A DNA stretch of 64,000 bases, from IMG/VR virus record IMGVR_UViG_3300046820_000335. One strand, written 5' to 3'. The translations under genes and the position numbers were made by a program. The notes under the pieces are model-generated. The model ran no database searches and was not told the DNA's origin. It saw only the letters and a program-made list of their open reading frames with translations. Within the stretch, counting starts at the first letter, position 1; each line of letters opens with the position of its first letter. Below are positions 54,912-64,000 of the stretch, piece after piece. The DNA is from an uncultured virus (IMG/VR IMGVR_UViG_3300046820_000335) (taxonomy: Duplodnaviria; Heunggongvirae; Uroviricota; Caudoviricetes).

Positions 54912-57900
54912 ATGGCAAAAAAACTAGTTAAGAATTACTTTTTCACCCCAGGCGTAGGCTTAGATGCAAATCTATATCCAAATGCTTGGAGTTTGATTTC
55001 ACAAAACAGAACATTCATTCTAAAAGAAATCACAGCATTTGTAACCAATCAGGTTGCTGATGCAGTTAAATGTGAAAGAGATTTAGGATACATTTTAGAC
55101 GGTGCTCGTTACGACACTGCTCTTGGTACAAACTACAATGCAGTATTTCAGGGCATTGCAGAATACAACTCTTTAGAAGTAACGCCTACTGTATTGAGAA
55201 CAATACAGCGTGCCAGAGACAGGGTATTGGCAATCTCAGCAGTAGCAACTAACTCTACTGCACTGACAAGAGCTACAACCTATTTTAACGAAGTATTAGA
55301 TATTGCAGATAATGGTAGATCAAATGCCGATGCGGTTACATTTTCAAATCCTTCTACAGCAACTACTAGTCAGATTGCTGCGAAAGATAGATTACAGGCA
55401 AACAAAGTATTCCTGGCCGCGGAAATAAATGCATGGGTTGATGTAATGTACCCGTCACACAACCATGATGTTGCGAAGTGTGCAAGAGACGTAAAGTATG
55501 CGATAGATTCTATTTCGTATGATATTCTTTACGGTGGCAATTCAGCAACTTACGACAATGCAAAGTTTTTCTTCTACTTTGATGCTGCAAATAATCCCGG
55601 TATTGATCCAACACATAAATCTCAAACAGTTGCAGCATATGCACGTTTAGCTGATATTGTTGCACAAGTGGTACAGGGTATTGCTGTTACAAAATCAGTT
55701 GGAAATACTGAAACGCAGATATCAACTGGCAATAATGCAAACTCTAGTGATGCAACAGCATTAGAAGTTTTATTACAGATTATTGAAGATGTTGTTGCTA
55801 ACGGAACTAGTTCGTTACCTGGTACTAGAACAGCTCCGGGTTATACTTGGGCAGCATCGGGAATTCAAACTGCTGCAACAGCAATTGCCACAAACAAAGC
55901 AGATATTATTCTCGCTGTTAATGGTTTCAAAGATTATATTTTTGATGAAGCTAAGTGCGAAAGAGACAGTGGATATGTATTAGATGCATTGATCCATGAC
56001 TTGAGATATGGCGGCAATGAAGAAATTCATAGAGTATCTAGCAGATATTGGGACGGTGATGTTCCTCAAATTGACGGAACAAGACTAGCGGAATACGAAG
56101 CATACTATTTTACGATAGATCTTATTAATGATTACATCATTGAAAATATTTTAGATACAATACCAGAACAACAAGAGCAGCCTCAAATCATTGATCTATC
56201 AAAGACTGGAGAGTCTGCTGCTAAGACTAGAGTTACTGAACTGTTGACTAACGTTATTGATGTTATTCAAAATGGTCTAGGTAGTTTGCCAACATATGAT
56301 GTTCAGCTGGCTAGAGTTGAGGTACTAGGTAAGGTTGAACTAGAAGATCTATTATTGATCTCAAACGTAACTAACAACGTTGTTATCTACAACTTTGCAG
56401 ATCCTAGTAAAGGCGGGACTGCTACATTCTACGAAGGCAATACTGAAAACTATCCAAATGCAACTACTGTTAACAACGGTGTTACATTTATTAGATTCAA
56501 AACTAACTGTACCGACATGTTGTCCACAGATTCTGTACAGGTATTTTTAGAAAATACAGAACTTAGAGTTCGTCCGTATGACTTCGGAACAGATGCTATT
56601 GAGCGTATGCGTGTTGCCCAACCTCAGGCAATGATTGATGCTGACTTTGAATACGGATTACAACCAACAAAGTGGCAAGCCATTGGTATGCAGCGTGGAT
56701 ATCCTGCAACCTACGAAGTATCGGCAACCGACGTTGCAGTAGTAACAGTAACTACTGATGCATCTACTGGAACGAGTGGGGTTGGTTCTAGTTTAATCAC
56801 AGTCACAACACAGGGTGCGCATGGATTCCTTGCCGGAACTCCTATTACTATCAGAGCACTAGCCGCTTCTATCACAGGATTTAATCGTGCAGAAGGTACA
56901 TTTATTATCTATGATGTTCCGTCCACTACCACTTTTAGATACTATGCAAAGGCTAAAGTTGGCACATCATCAGGTCAAGTTTTAGCTACTTCAACTACAC
57001 AGCTAAGACAGGCTGCTTTCTACACAGGTGCAAGTGTTGGATCTCCAACATTTACAGTTCATTCTAACGGTTCTAGTGGTTCTTTTGTTACTGCTCTAAG
57101 AACAGAATCAGGTCAAAATACTATAGCATTTATTGGTGCAGCTCCGCCGACTGGTGCTCCAATATCTGGAACAGGTATTAATCCGGGTACACAGGTTTCG
57201 GGTGTGTTTGGTCCTTCAAACAGTGACGGTATTGTTGATTATAAGTTTGTAAAAACAAGTTACGGAAGTGGAGTATCTACTATTGAGCTTGTAAATGTAA
57301 CTGATCTAAGTACAGGTATGGCAGTAGGGAACGAATCTAGTCCAAATGTGTTGAGAGAAATATCGGCTATTGTTGGAACAACATTAACCTTGAACGGTGC
57401 GGTGACCGTAGGGCACCTTGGAGACGAAAATACCTATACAGGCAGTGCAGCAGCAGTTGCAGGAACGGGTACTAGCTGTACAGTAGATATTACAGTATTG
57501 AGCGGAGGATATACACTTACTGCCATTGCAACAGCCGGTAGTGGTTACCTTAAAGGAGATACATTAAGAATCCTAGGGGATCAATTAGGCGGTACAACTC
57601 CAGACAATGATGCTTACATTAACGTCAACACCGTTGATGGTTCTGGTGGAATTTTAACAGCAACATTATTTGAGGGAACAGGAGTCGGATCGGGATCGTT
57701 TACTGGTATTACTGTTGGTAATTCCGGATCAAGGGGTTCTGGTGGTGTATTTACAGTTGTTCGTGCTAATGGCGTTTACACCTGCACAGGGTACGGATCA
57801 AATCCTACTTCTAACTATTATCCAGGCAACCGATTTAAAATTACCGGTAGTAACTTTGAAGGGGTTGACGGAACTAATGATTGTATCCTGACTATGAGTC

Positions 57901-60707
57901 ATTTAGCCGGAGGTACAATAACCGCTAATCCGACTGCTAGTGGAACTGTTCAACGTGGTGACATGATTCCTGTGTATGCAACAATTACTTTGTCAGAAGG
58001 AACTACAGGAATTGTTTCTGCAAGTGCAACAATCTCTTATACAGCTATTGCAACGGTGCAGGTACAGTTTACAAGTAATCACGGATTTGTTCCTGGTATG
58101 GGATTAAACATCAACGTTACTTCAACAGGAACTAATCACGCTTTAGCATCTGGGCCGTTTGCAGTTGAACAAGTTATCAATGCAACTACAATTAGATACA
58201 TTGCTAGAGCGCCAGGTACTATTAGTACAGCAACAACACTTGAAGGAGTTGTTTATGTAAGACCCGATACATTCTTTACACACAGACCCTTTGACGGAGG
58301 TGTTATGTTAGGTACTGGTGGTCCGCAGCATGGCGGCCAAGCTATTCGTCAAAGTAAAAAATACATTCGTTATCAATCTGGTAAGGGAGCAATGTATAAT
58401 ACCGGTGCATTATTTGCTCCAAGTTATGATTTAAGATCAGTTACTGCAAGTTCTACAGCATCCGGCGCAGTTATTACTGTTACTACTGACGACGTTGATC
58501 ACGGTGTTCAAGCAGGTGCTGTAATCAAGTTAGTAGATGTTGAAACAACTGGATACAATGGAACCTATACTGTAAACGAAATTGTCGACGAAAGAACATT
58601 TAGAATTACATCTGGAACACAGTTAGGATCAACATCGGCCACACTCGGTATTCAAGCTCAAATGGCATTGGTTAACTGGCATGGCGCTGTTGTTAGATCG
58701 GGTCCGTTTGACGATCAGAACGGAATCTTTTTCCAATATAATGGACGAGAACTTTCTGTAGGAAGACGATCAAGTACCTTCCAAATTGCAGGAACTATCG
58801 CCATCCCGTTGAACTCTAATGCAATCACAGGAACAAATACTAGATTCTTAGATCAACTACAAGAGGGGGATCGTATCGTTATTCGTGGTATGACTCATGT
58901 AGTATCCACAATCACAAGTAATACGTCTATGACTGTGACTCCAGACTGGCGTGGGGTTAATGCAGTATCTGGAGTTAAAGTTTGTAAAGTACAGGACATC
59001 ATTATCCCACAAAGTGATTGGAACTTAGACAAGTGTGACGGAACAGGACCATCTGGATATAACATCGACATTACAAAAATGCAAATGATCGGCATTCAGT
59101 TTAGCTGGTACGGTGCTGGATTTATCGATTGGATGTTTAGAGGCCCGGAAGGTAACTATGTATTTTGCCATCGATTAAAAGGTAATAACTTAAACACCGA
59201 AGCGTATATGCGAACTGGTAACTTGCCAGTTCGCTACGAAGTATTAAATGAAGGGGCAAAAGCTAGACTAGCAGGCGCATTAGACAGTGTTTCAACTACT
59301 ATGTATCTAGATAATACTTATGATTTTCCAACAAGCGGAATAGTATTCGTTGATAACGAAATTATATCTTATTCTGGAAAGAACGACTCAACCAATACCT
59401 TGACTGGTTTGAATAGAGCTGCAACACTTAGTAACTTTGCCGCAGGTGCTGTAAGAAGTTATACCGCAGGTGTAGCAGCAACACATGCAAATAGACAAGG
59501 CGTTGTATTGATTTCGAATACAACAAGCCCAATCATTAGCCATTGGGGTAGTGCGTATTTGATCGACGGTAACTTTGACGAAGATCGCGGATACATTTTC
59601 TCATATGCTTCTACAGGAAACAGTATTAGCACAACTAAAAACACTGTATTCTTGATTCGTTTGGCACCTAGTGTATCCAATGCTGTTACCGGGGACCTGG
59701 GTGAGAAAGAATTACTAAACAGAGCGCAGTTGCTGCTAAAATCAATATCTATTTCGTCAGACCCTCAAACAACAGGAACTTCTGGTATTGTTATTGAAGG
59801 GGTGTTGAATCCACAAAACTATCCGTTGAATCCTAGCGATATCGGTTGGGGCGGATTGACTGCATTATCTCAAGGCGGACAGCCTAGCTTTGCACAGATT
59901 GCACCGGGCGGTTCTGTGATTTGGTCGAGCGGTTCTAGTATTACAACTGCAACTGCTACGACCACTACTACTATGAGCACCACTTTAACCATGCAGTTCG
60001 GTAGTGGTACAAACGCCTATATGTATGTTAATGCAACATCATGGCAGAACTCTAATGCATGGAGTGGAAACTATACCACTCCATTAAGCGGTGTTGTTAT
60101 TAATGATGCAAAGTTTCCGAGTAATACTACAATAACCAGCATCCAAGGACCGTTTGGGTCTGGTGGAACTGCTTATTATGTTGTCTACACTAGCAGAAAT
60201 GCTTCAACAAACGTAAACTCTGGAGCATCAGTTACATTGAACTTAGGTGGTAATAGTGCAGGTGTTACTAGTCAACTGTTCTTTACAGCAGCTAGCTGGA
60301 CAGCAAGTGCTGCAACTACCAATACTGAAGTTAATGACGTTAAGTTTCCAGCCAACACCCGTGTAGCTACAGTGACAGGCCCGTTAACGTTTGGTGTAAC
60401 AAGCTATTACAGAGTAACGTTTACGCAGAGCTCTATTAGTTCAACTTCGGCAGGCGGAACAGTAACATTCCAGTTCGGTCAACCGCCTTATGCATTGCCA
60501 GGCGAAACAGTATTCTCCTTTATTGCAAATCCGGGCGAGACTGCAACACTTGATCTGAATGAGTTGAAAGAACTTACAACTACAGCTATTGGTGGTAGAG
60601 GAACGTTTCCAAATGGACCAGACGTGTTGGCCATTAACGTTTATAAGGTTGCAGGAACTGCAACCAATGCTAATATTATCTTACGTTGGGGTGAAGCTCA
60701 GGCTTAA
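54912..60707 (+). CDS. Giant tail/fibre structural protein (1931 aa)
   Basis: Three C-x-R-D helical repeats, several HGF..G..I.I...NG.F.V beta modules, DAIERMRV..PQ.MIDADFEYGLQPTKW, a lectin-like C-terminal region and a W.EAQA end. Confidence 0.8.
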   Translation: MAKKLVKNYFFTPGVGLDANLYPNAWSLISQNRTFILKEITAFVTNQVADAVKCERDLGYILDGARYDTALGTNYNAVFQGIAEYNSLEVTPTVLRTIQRARDRVLAISAVATNSTALTRATTYFNEVLDIADNGRSNADAVTFSNPSTATTSQIAAKDRLQANKVFLAAEINAWVDVMYPSHNHDVAKCARDVKYAIDSISYDILYGGNSATYDNAKFFFYFDAANNPGIDPTHKSQTVAAYARLADIVAQVVQGIAVTKSVGNTETQISTGNNANSSDATALEVLLQIIEDVVANGTSSLPGTRTAPGYTWAASGIQTAATAIATNKADIILAVNGFKDYIFDEAKCERDSGYVLDALIHDLRYGGNEEIHRVSSRYWDGDVPQIDGTRLAEYEAYYFTIDLINDYIIENILDTIPEQQEQPQIIDLSKTGESAAKTRVTELLTNVIDVIQNGLGSLPTYDVQLARVEVLGKVELEDLLLISNVTNNVVIYNFADPSKGGTATFYEGNTENYPNATTVNNGVTFIRFKTNCTDMLSTDSVQVFLENTELRVRPYDFGTDAIERMRVAQPQAMIDADFEYGLQPTKWQAIGMQRGYPATYEVSATDVAVVTVTTDASTGTSGVGSSLITVTTQGAHGFLAGTPITIRALAASITGFNRAEGTFIIYDVPSTTTFRYYAKAKVGTSSGQVLATSTTQLRQAAFYTGASVGSPTFTVHSNGSSGSFVTALRTESGQNTIAFIGAAPPTGAPISGTGINPGTQVSGVFGPSNSDGIVDYKFVKTSYGSGVSTIELVNVTDLSTGMAVGNESSPNVLREISAIVGTTLTLNGAVTVGHLGDENTYTGSAAAVAGTGTSCTVDITVLSGGYTLTAIATAGSGYLKGDTLRILGDQLGGTTPDNDAYINVNTVDGSGGILTATLFEGTGVGSGSFTGITVGNSGSRGSGGVFTVVRANGVYTCTGYGSNPTSNYYPGNRFKITGSNFEGVDGTNDCILTMSHLAGGTITANPTASGTVQRGDMIPVYATITLSEGTTGIVSASATISYTAIATVQVQFTSNHGFVPGMGLNINVTSTGTNHALASGPFAVEQVINATTIRYIARAPGTISTATTLEGVVYVRPDTFFTHRPFDGGVMLGTGGPQHGGQAIRQSKKYIRYQSGKGAMYNTGALFAPSYDLRSVTASSTASGAVITVTTDDVDHGVQAGAVIKLVDVETTGYNGTYTVNEIVDERTFRITSGTQLGSTSATLGIQAQMALVNWHGAVVRSGPFDDQNGIFFQYNGRELSVGRRSSTFQIAGTIAIPLNSNAITGTNTRFLDQLQEGDRIVIRGMTHVVSTITSNTSMTVTPDWRGVNAVSGVKVCKVQDIIIPQSDWNLDKCDGTGPSGYNIDITKMQMIGIQFSWYGAGFIDWMFRGPEGNYVFCHRLKGNNLNTEAYMRTGNLPVRYEVLNEGAKARLAGALDSVSTTMYLDNTYDFPTSGIVFVDNEIISYSGKNDSTNTLTGLNRAATLSNFAAGAVRSYTAGVAATHANRQGVVLISNTTSPIISHWGSAYLIDGNFDEDRGYIFSYASTGNSISTTKNTVFLIRLAPSVSNAVTGDLGEKELLNRAQLLLKSISISSDPQTTGTSGIVIEGVLNPQNYPLNPSDIGWGGLTALSQGGQPSFAQIAPGGSVIWSSGSSITTATATTTTTMSTTLTMQFGSGTNAYMYVNATSWQNSNAWSGNYTTPLSGVVINDAKFPSNTTITSIQGPFGSGGTAYYVVYTSRNASTNVNSGASVTLNLGGNSAGVTSQLFFTAASWTASAATTNTEVNDVKFPANTRVATVTGPLTFGVTSYYRVTFTQSSISSTSAGGTVTFQFGQPPYALPGETVFSFIANPGETATLDLNELKELTTTAIGGRGTFPNGPDVLAINVYKVAGTATNANIILRWGEAQA

Positions 60708-60979
60708 CGATTTGCAGAGCGCCAGTCTTGGTATTTTCTATCAAGCTGGCGTCTTAATGATGTGATTCTTTCTCTAATATCCGGAGCCATAACCGGAATC
60801 TGCCTTGACATGATCATATCAAGATGTCCACTATCTAAAGATTTTATTTCTCTAACAAGTTTAGTCAATAACTGATCCATCTCTGTCTTTAAAGCACCGT
60901 CAGGAAGCTCGTTGATCATTGATTGATATTTTTTATATTCCTGTTGAAATCTTTCAGATTTTAGAATGGTTGGTAGCAT
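60704..60979 (-). CDS. Hypothetical helical protein
   Basis: 91 aa; SD GGAG; stop overlaps the convergent gene's stop (TTAA). Confidence 0.7.
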   Translation of the reverse strand: MLPTILKSERFQQEYKKYQSMINELPDGALKTEMDQLLTKLVREIKSLDSGHLDMIMSRQIPVMAPDIRERITSLRRQLDRKYQDWRSANR

Positions 60980-61349
60980 TTTCTAACTCCAGTATAGTGT
61001 CTATTTTAGTGCGGATAAGCTGATTATTTATTGTGGCTTTTAAACCGTTATGTAGTTGCTTAGGTAAGAAATCTAAACTACTCCAACATAATGTAGGAGT
61101 TGAACAAGTTAAGAACTCTTCGTTTACTAGGCATACATAGGTTCCGTATTCAAAACCTTTATCTTCGCTGAGATAAAGTTCTATGGGAACAATCCTTCCT
61201 GAACAATAGGAGGTTAATAAAGGGTCTGCATCTTCTAAGAGAGACCCTTTTCTTGCAAATGTAGGTACAGTCCATTTTGATTCTTCTAATATAAGAAGAA
61301 CACGACCTGTAGTTTTGGCTAAAAATAATAATCCGGCACGCTGTTGCAT
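60954..61349 (-). CDS. Degenerate Nudix-fold protein
   Basis: AGLLF.A..TGRVLL, W, Y.TYVCLV.EEF and W.....LPKQLH.GL are Nudix-fold flanks, but the GX5EX7REUXEEXGU box is absent. ATG at 61349 follows GATAAGTA. Confidence 0.5.
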   Translation of the reverse strand: MQQRAGLLFLAKTTGRVLLILEESKWTVPTFARKGSLLEDADPLLTSYCSGRIVPIELYLSEDKGFEYGTYVCLVNEEFLTCSTPTLCWSSLDFLPKQLHNGLKATINNQLIRTKIDTILELENATNHSKI

Positions 61350-61363
61350 ACCGATACTTATCA

Positions 61364-62731
61364 TTAGTCTATCTGAATTCTCCAGTATCCTGGTGCATAC
61401 TCGCCTTCAAACGACTTGAGCCACTGTTCACCGTCCCATCGATATTGTATCGATGTTGTAAGATTTTGAACATAATGTATCGATGAATCGTTAACATCTG
61501 GATCAAAGTCAACTGCCCAAAACTGTCCTGTCCATTCTATAATAGAGTTAGCTTTGATAAAAGGATATGCACTATCTAAGTTTACCCAAGCATCGTCTGC
61601 TCCTACTCTGGCTACATCGGGATCATTGATATTATCTAATACTAATAATCTTGTTCCTACTGGAATATTCTCAACCCCATTGTAAAACGTAATAGGATTA
61701 AAGTTATATGGATCCACTATTCTATTAATAGGGGTAATATTATTTGTTGGAATAGTATCAGGATCTAAAGTTACCACTAAGATTTTATTATCAAGTTCGT
61801 TAACTGCAAATGTTCCAGTGATTTCAAAACCTGTTGGCTGCATAAAATGTATTAGACTGGTTGCAGATACTCCGCCGTTAATATCTAAAATAGTATTCCA
61901 GTTATCATTAGTTGGTTCGCTCAAAGAAAGATAATAGTCATATGCACCAGTTCCTACGGGTCCTTTCATTAGTAAGGTTTCGTAGTCGTTAATAGTAGTC
62001 AATATTTTTGCAGTAGCTTCGTTTTGATTATAGACTAGAGTATTAATGTCCTGTACATTACCACTTTCAGTGAATATGTTAGCAATAACACTTTTAACTA
62101 TGCCTAACTTCTTGACCTTAGCCGGTGGCGTAATATAGATAGGCATTGAAAATTCCATAGAGCAAATGTCTATTTCGCTTTCTGCACCTTGTGGAATAGA
62201 TCTAGAACTAAAGTTGATTGAATCTAGGTCAACAACACTCAAACTAGTCCAGTCTAGATAGTTGTCAGTTGTTTGTATTTCTAAACTTGGATTGAATAGT
62301 ACAGTAATCTGTTCTAGCAACTGTAGCTTCTGATCGGTATTGCTGGTCCAGATATCAGCCTTCATGGTTAACTTGAAAGGAGTTGGCATGAGTCTTTCAA
62401 CTGTATAGCCCGTACCTTGATAAGTTTGATATGAACCAGTAGTTTGATCGTATGCACGTTCTCTAACACTCATTTTACTGACAAATGTAGCATCGGATAA
62501 TCTAGTCTTATCGAGTTCAAGACCTGTAATATAACAGGCAATCTTGGGTACAGTGGGCATTTTGTTTTCAGAGTTGTCTCGAATAATCGCAGCAACCTGT
62601 CTACTCATATCGCCATAACTAACAGGAATATATTGCTGAGTACCATCCCCAGACTGATATTTGAATCCTACAAAGATTCTCATAAACTGAGTTACATATC
62701 TTCTAATCTGCCCGTCGTAAAAAAAGTCCAT
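61364..62731 (-). CDS. gp15: Tail completion / sheath stabilizer (T4 gp15-like) with C-terminal extension
   Basis: FFYDGQIRRYVTQF...IPVSYGD, MPTPFKLT...IW......KLQLLEQI.VLFNP and F.MPIYITPP motifs. Confidence 0.75.
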   Translation of the reverse strand: MDFFYDGQIRRYVTQFMRIFVGFKYQSGDGTQQYIPVSYGDMSRQVAAIIRDNSENKMPTVPKIACYITGLELDKTRLSDATFVSKMSVRERAYDQTTGSYQTYQGTGYTVERLMPTPFKLTMKADIWTSNTDQKLQLLEQITVLFNPSLEIQTTDNYLDWTSLSVVDLDSINFSSRSIPQGAESEIDICSMEFSMPIYITPPAKVKKLGIVKSVIANIFTESGNVQDINTLVYNQNEATAKILTTINDYETLLMKGPVGTGAYDYYLSLSEPTNDNWNTILDINGGVSATSLIHFMQPTGFEITGTFAVNELDNKILVVTLDPDTIPTNNITPINRIVDPYNFNPITFYNGVENIPVGTRLLVLDNINDPDVARVGADDAWVNLDSAYPFIKANSIIEWTGQFWAVDFDPDVNDSSIHYVQNLTTSIQYRWDGEQWLKSFEGEYAPGYWRIQID

Positions 62732-62733
62732 TA

Positions 62734-64000
62734 TTAATCCGCCTGAGGTCTAAGAGCTTTACTTAAACTTTGTTTTTGTTTTATAGACTGTGCATAAAGT
62801 CTAAACTGCACTCTAGTTGATGCAGTAGCCAGTTGATCTAGAGTGATCAATGCCAATCCTCCTGCACCGCTAGATACTGTTGCTGATGTTTTTCTTTCAT
62901 CGAGGAATACTTCTGCATACATACCTGATGAAAATGCCAACGAAGTTTGAATAGTATTGGTATCAACGTCTGGATAGAATACATCGAAGGTTAATGCACC
63001 TTGACCGGTTTCACCGTCATTGTTAATAAAGCTGGTTTTCTGAGTCTGACGATTATCTTTACCTTCGAATCTATCACCAACTCCAACATCTGTTCCACCA
63101 AGATTGCTCATGGTCATTCGTTTCTCGTCTTCTACTTTAACCCATCTTGTGCCGTTATACTTGAATAGTCTTCTTGGCATATAATCGGTTCTAAGGTGAT
63201 ATTGATCAACAACTGGACTTAATGGAAATGCAATGCCCGAAGAGTAAACTGCACCATTTGGTGGTGCTGCATCGTCTGTTAAGTAACCTATTAGACTATC
63301 AAGTTCTCTAATAGCTTCTATAAACTTGTAATACGATGAGTTGGGAGGTTGCACATTTGTAGCTTCTTGAACTACTTCGTATTTGTTTTCTCCAAAAGTA
63401 ACAATGTCGCCTTTAAAATATGTCTTAATACTAGACCATTTTTCGGACAGCCCAGCGGTATTGCTTCGTATATTGTATAACTGCGAAGTATCGTAACCGC
63501 TCTTTGGAGCATCGGCTTCTGCTTGATCAAGAACTGCTTGAGTAATCTGCATTTCTTTTTCGTAGGAACTCATAATATCTCTGAGAGTCACATCAGTATC
63601 TTCATCTGCTAGACCATCCAGAATATCTTTAAACTCTTGACTATCAACTAGTGGCTTGCACTTGGCTCTGTATAAATGTGGATACCATGTTGCACTGAAT
63701 CCTTCCGCAGCACGATTTACTTCTTCGATTACATAAAATCTTTTAAGAGCAAACTGTAGATCGTTTAGAGCAAAATCATCTTTTAAATGGGGAAGTTCTA
63801 CTACATCTCCGGCAATAATCTTTCGACCCACTTTTTCTACTGTATCATTAATATGAAAAGTAATGAATACTGTATCGTTTTGTAAGAATAGACCAAACTG
63901 ACTTAGGTTAAAGTCTGTATCTTGCAGATTATATACACCCCTAAGTACATATACATCCGGATCATATTTTCGATCTCTATTTTCTAAGAATAACATATCC
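62734..64000 (-). CDS. gp14: Neck protein (T4 gp14-like), 5'-truncated by the window edge
   Basis: LFLENRDRKYD, FNLSQFGLFL.ND..FITFH, GDVVELPHL and FYVIEEV...EGFS.TWYPHL.R.KC; next to the gp15-like gene. Confidence 0.7.
   Translation of the reverse strand, partial: DMLFLENRDRKYDPDVYVLRGVYNLQDTDFNLSQFGLFLQNDTVFITFHINDTVEKVGRKIIAGDVVELPHLKDDFALNDLQFALKRFYVIEEVNRAAEGFSATWYPHLYRAKCKPLVDSQEFKDILDGLADEDTDVTLRDIMSSYEKEMQITQAVLDQAEADAPKSGYDTSQLYNIRSNTAGLSEKWSSIKTYFKGDIVTFGENKYEVVQEATNVQPPNSSYYKFIEAIRELDSLIGYLTDDAAPPNGAVYSSGIAFPLSPVVDQYHLRTDYMPRRLFKYNGTRWVKVEDEKRMTMSNLGGTDVGVGDRFEGKDNRQTQKTSFINNDGETGQGALTFDVFYPDVDTNTIQTSLAFSSGMYAEVFLDERKTSATVSSGAGGLALITLDQLATASTRVQFRLYAQSIKQKQSLSKALRPQAD

Noticed and set aside
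1..64000. Stop-codon reassignment (alternative genetic code)
   Set aside because: Genes up to 7.5 kb are intact in the standard code and coding density is high. TGA and TAA both end genes; TAG is rarely used, but no gene appears broken by it.
1..64000. tRNA, rRNA, CRISPR array, intron/intein or IS element
   Set aside because: Intergenic gaps are too short, and no cloverleaf, repeat-spacer array, homing endonuclease, intein or transposase motif was recognised by eye.

Overview
A 64-kb stretch of the virion morphogenesis region of a large T4-like (myovirus-type) phage, readable in the standard genetic code. Left to right: a gp26-like baseplate-hub/tail chaperone with a probable -1 frameshift extension, a tape-measure-like gene, and a head module (portal gp20, protease gp21, scaffold gp22, major capsid gp23) with two glycosyltransferase-like genes in or next to it. 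Then comes a long run of tail/fibre-type structural genes, including 1821-, 2515- and 1931-aa proteins and three Gly/His-rich paralogues. A 15.5-kb enzyme island in this run has 4 flavin-dependent tryptophan-halogenase-family genes, 13 2OG-Fe(II)/JmjC oxygenase-like genes and accessory ORFs, in two convergent operons headed by T4-late-type promoters. gp15- and gp14-like neck/tail-completion genes close the window. The most notable candidates are (1) eight phycobiliprotein-like 'C-x-R-D...GGN' helical repeats inside three giant structural proteins, (2) the late halogenase/oxygenase island next to His-rich adhesin-like paralogues, possibly a virion post-translational tailoring system, (3) a canonical slippery-site frameshift in the gp26-like gene, and (4) structured 5' leaders and apparently leaderless late genes. 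All calls come from motif recognition by eye; no searches were run.
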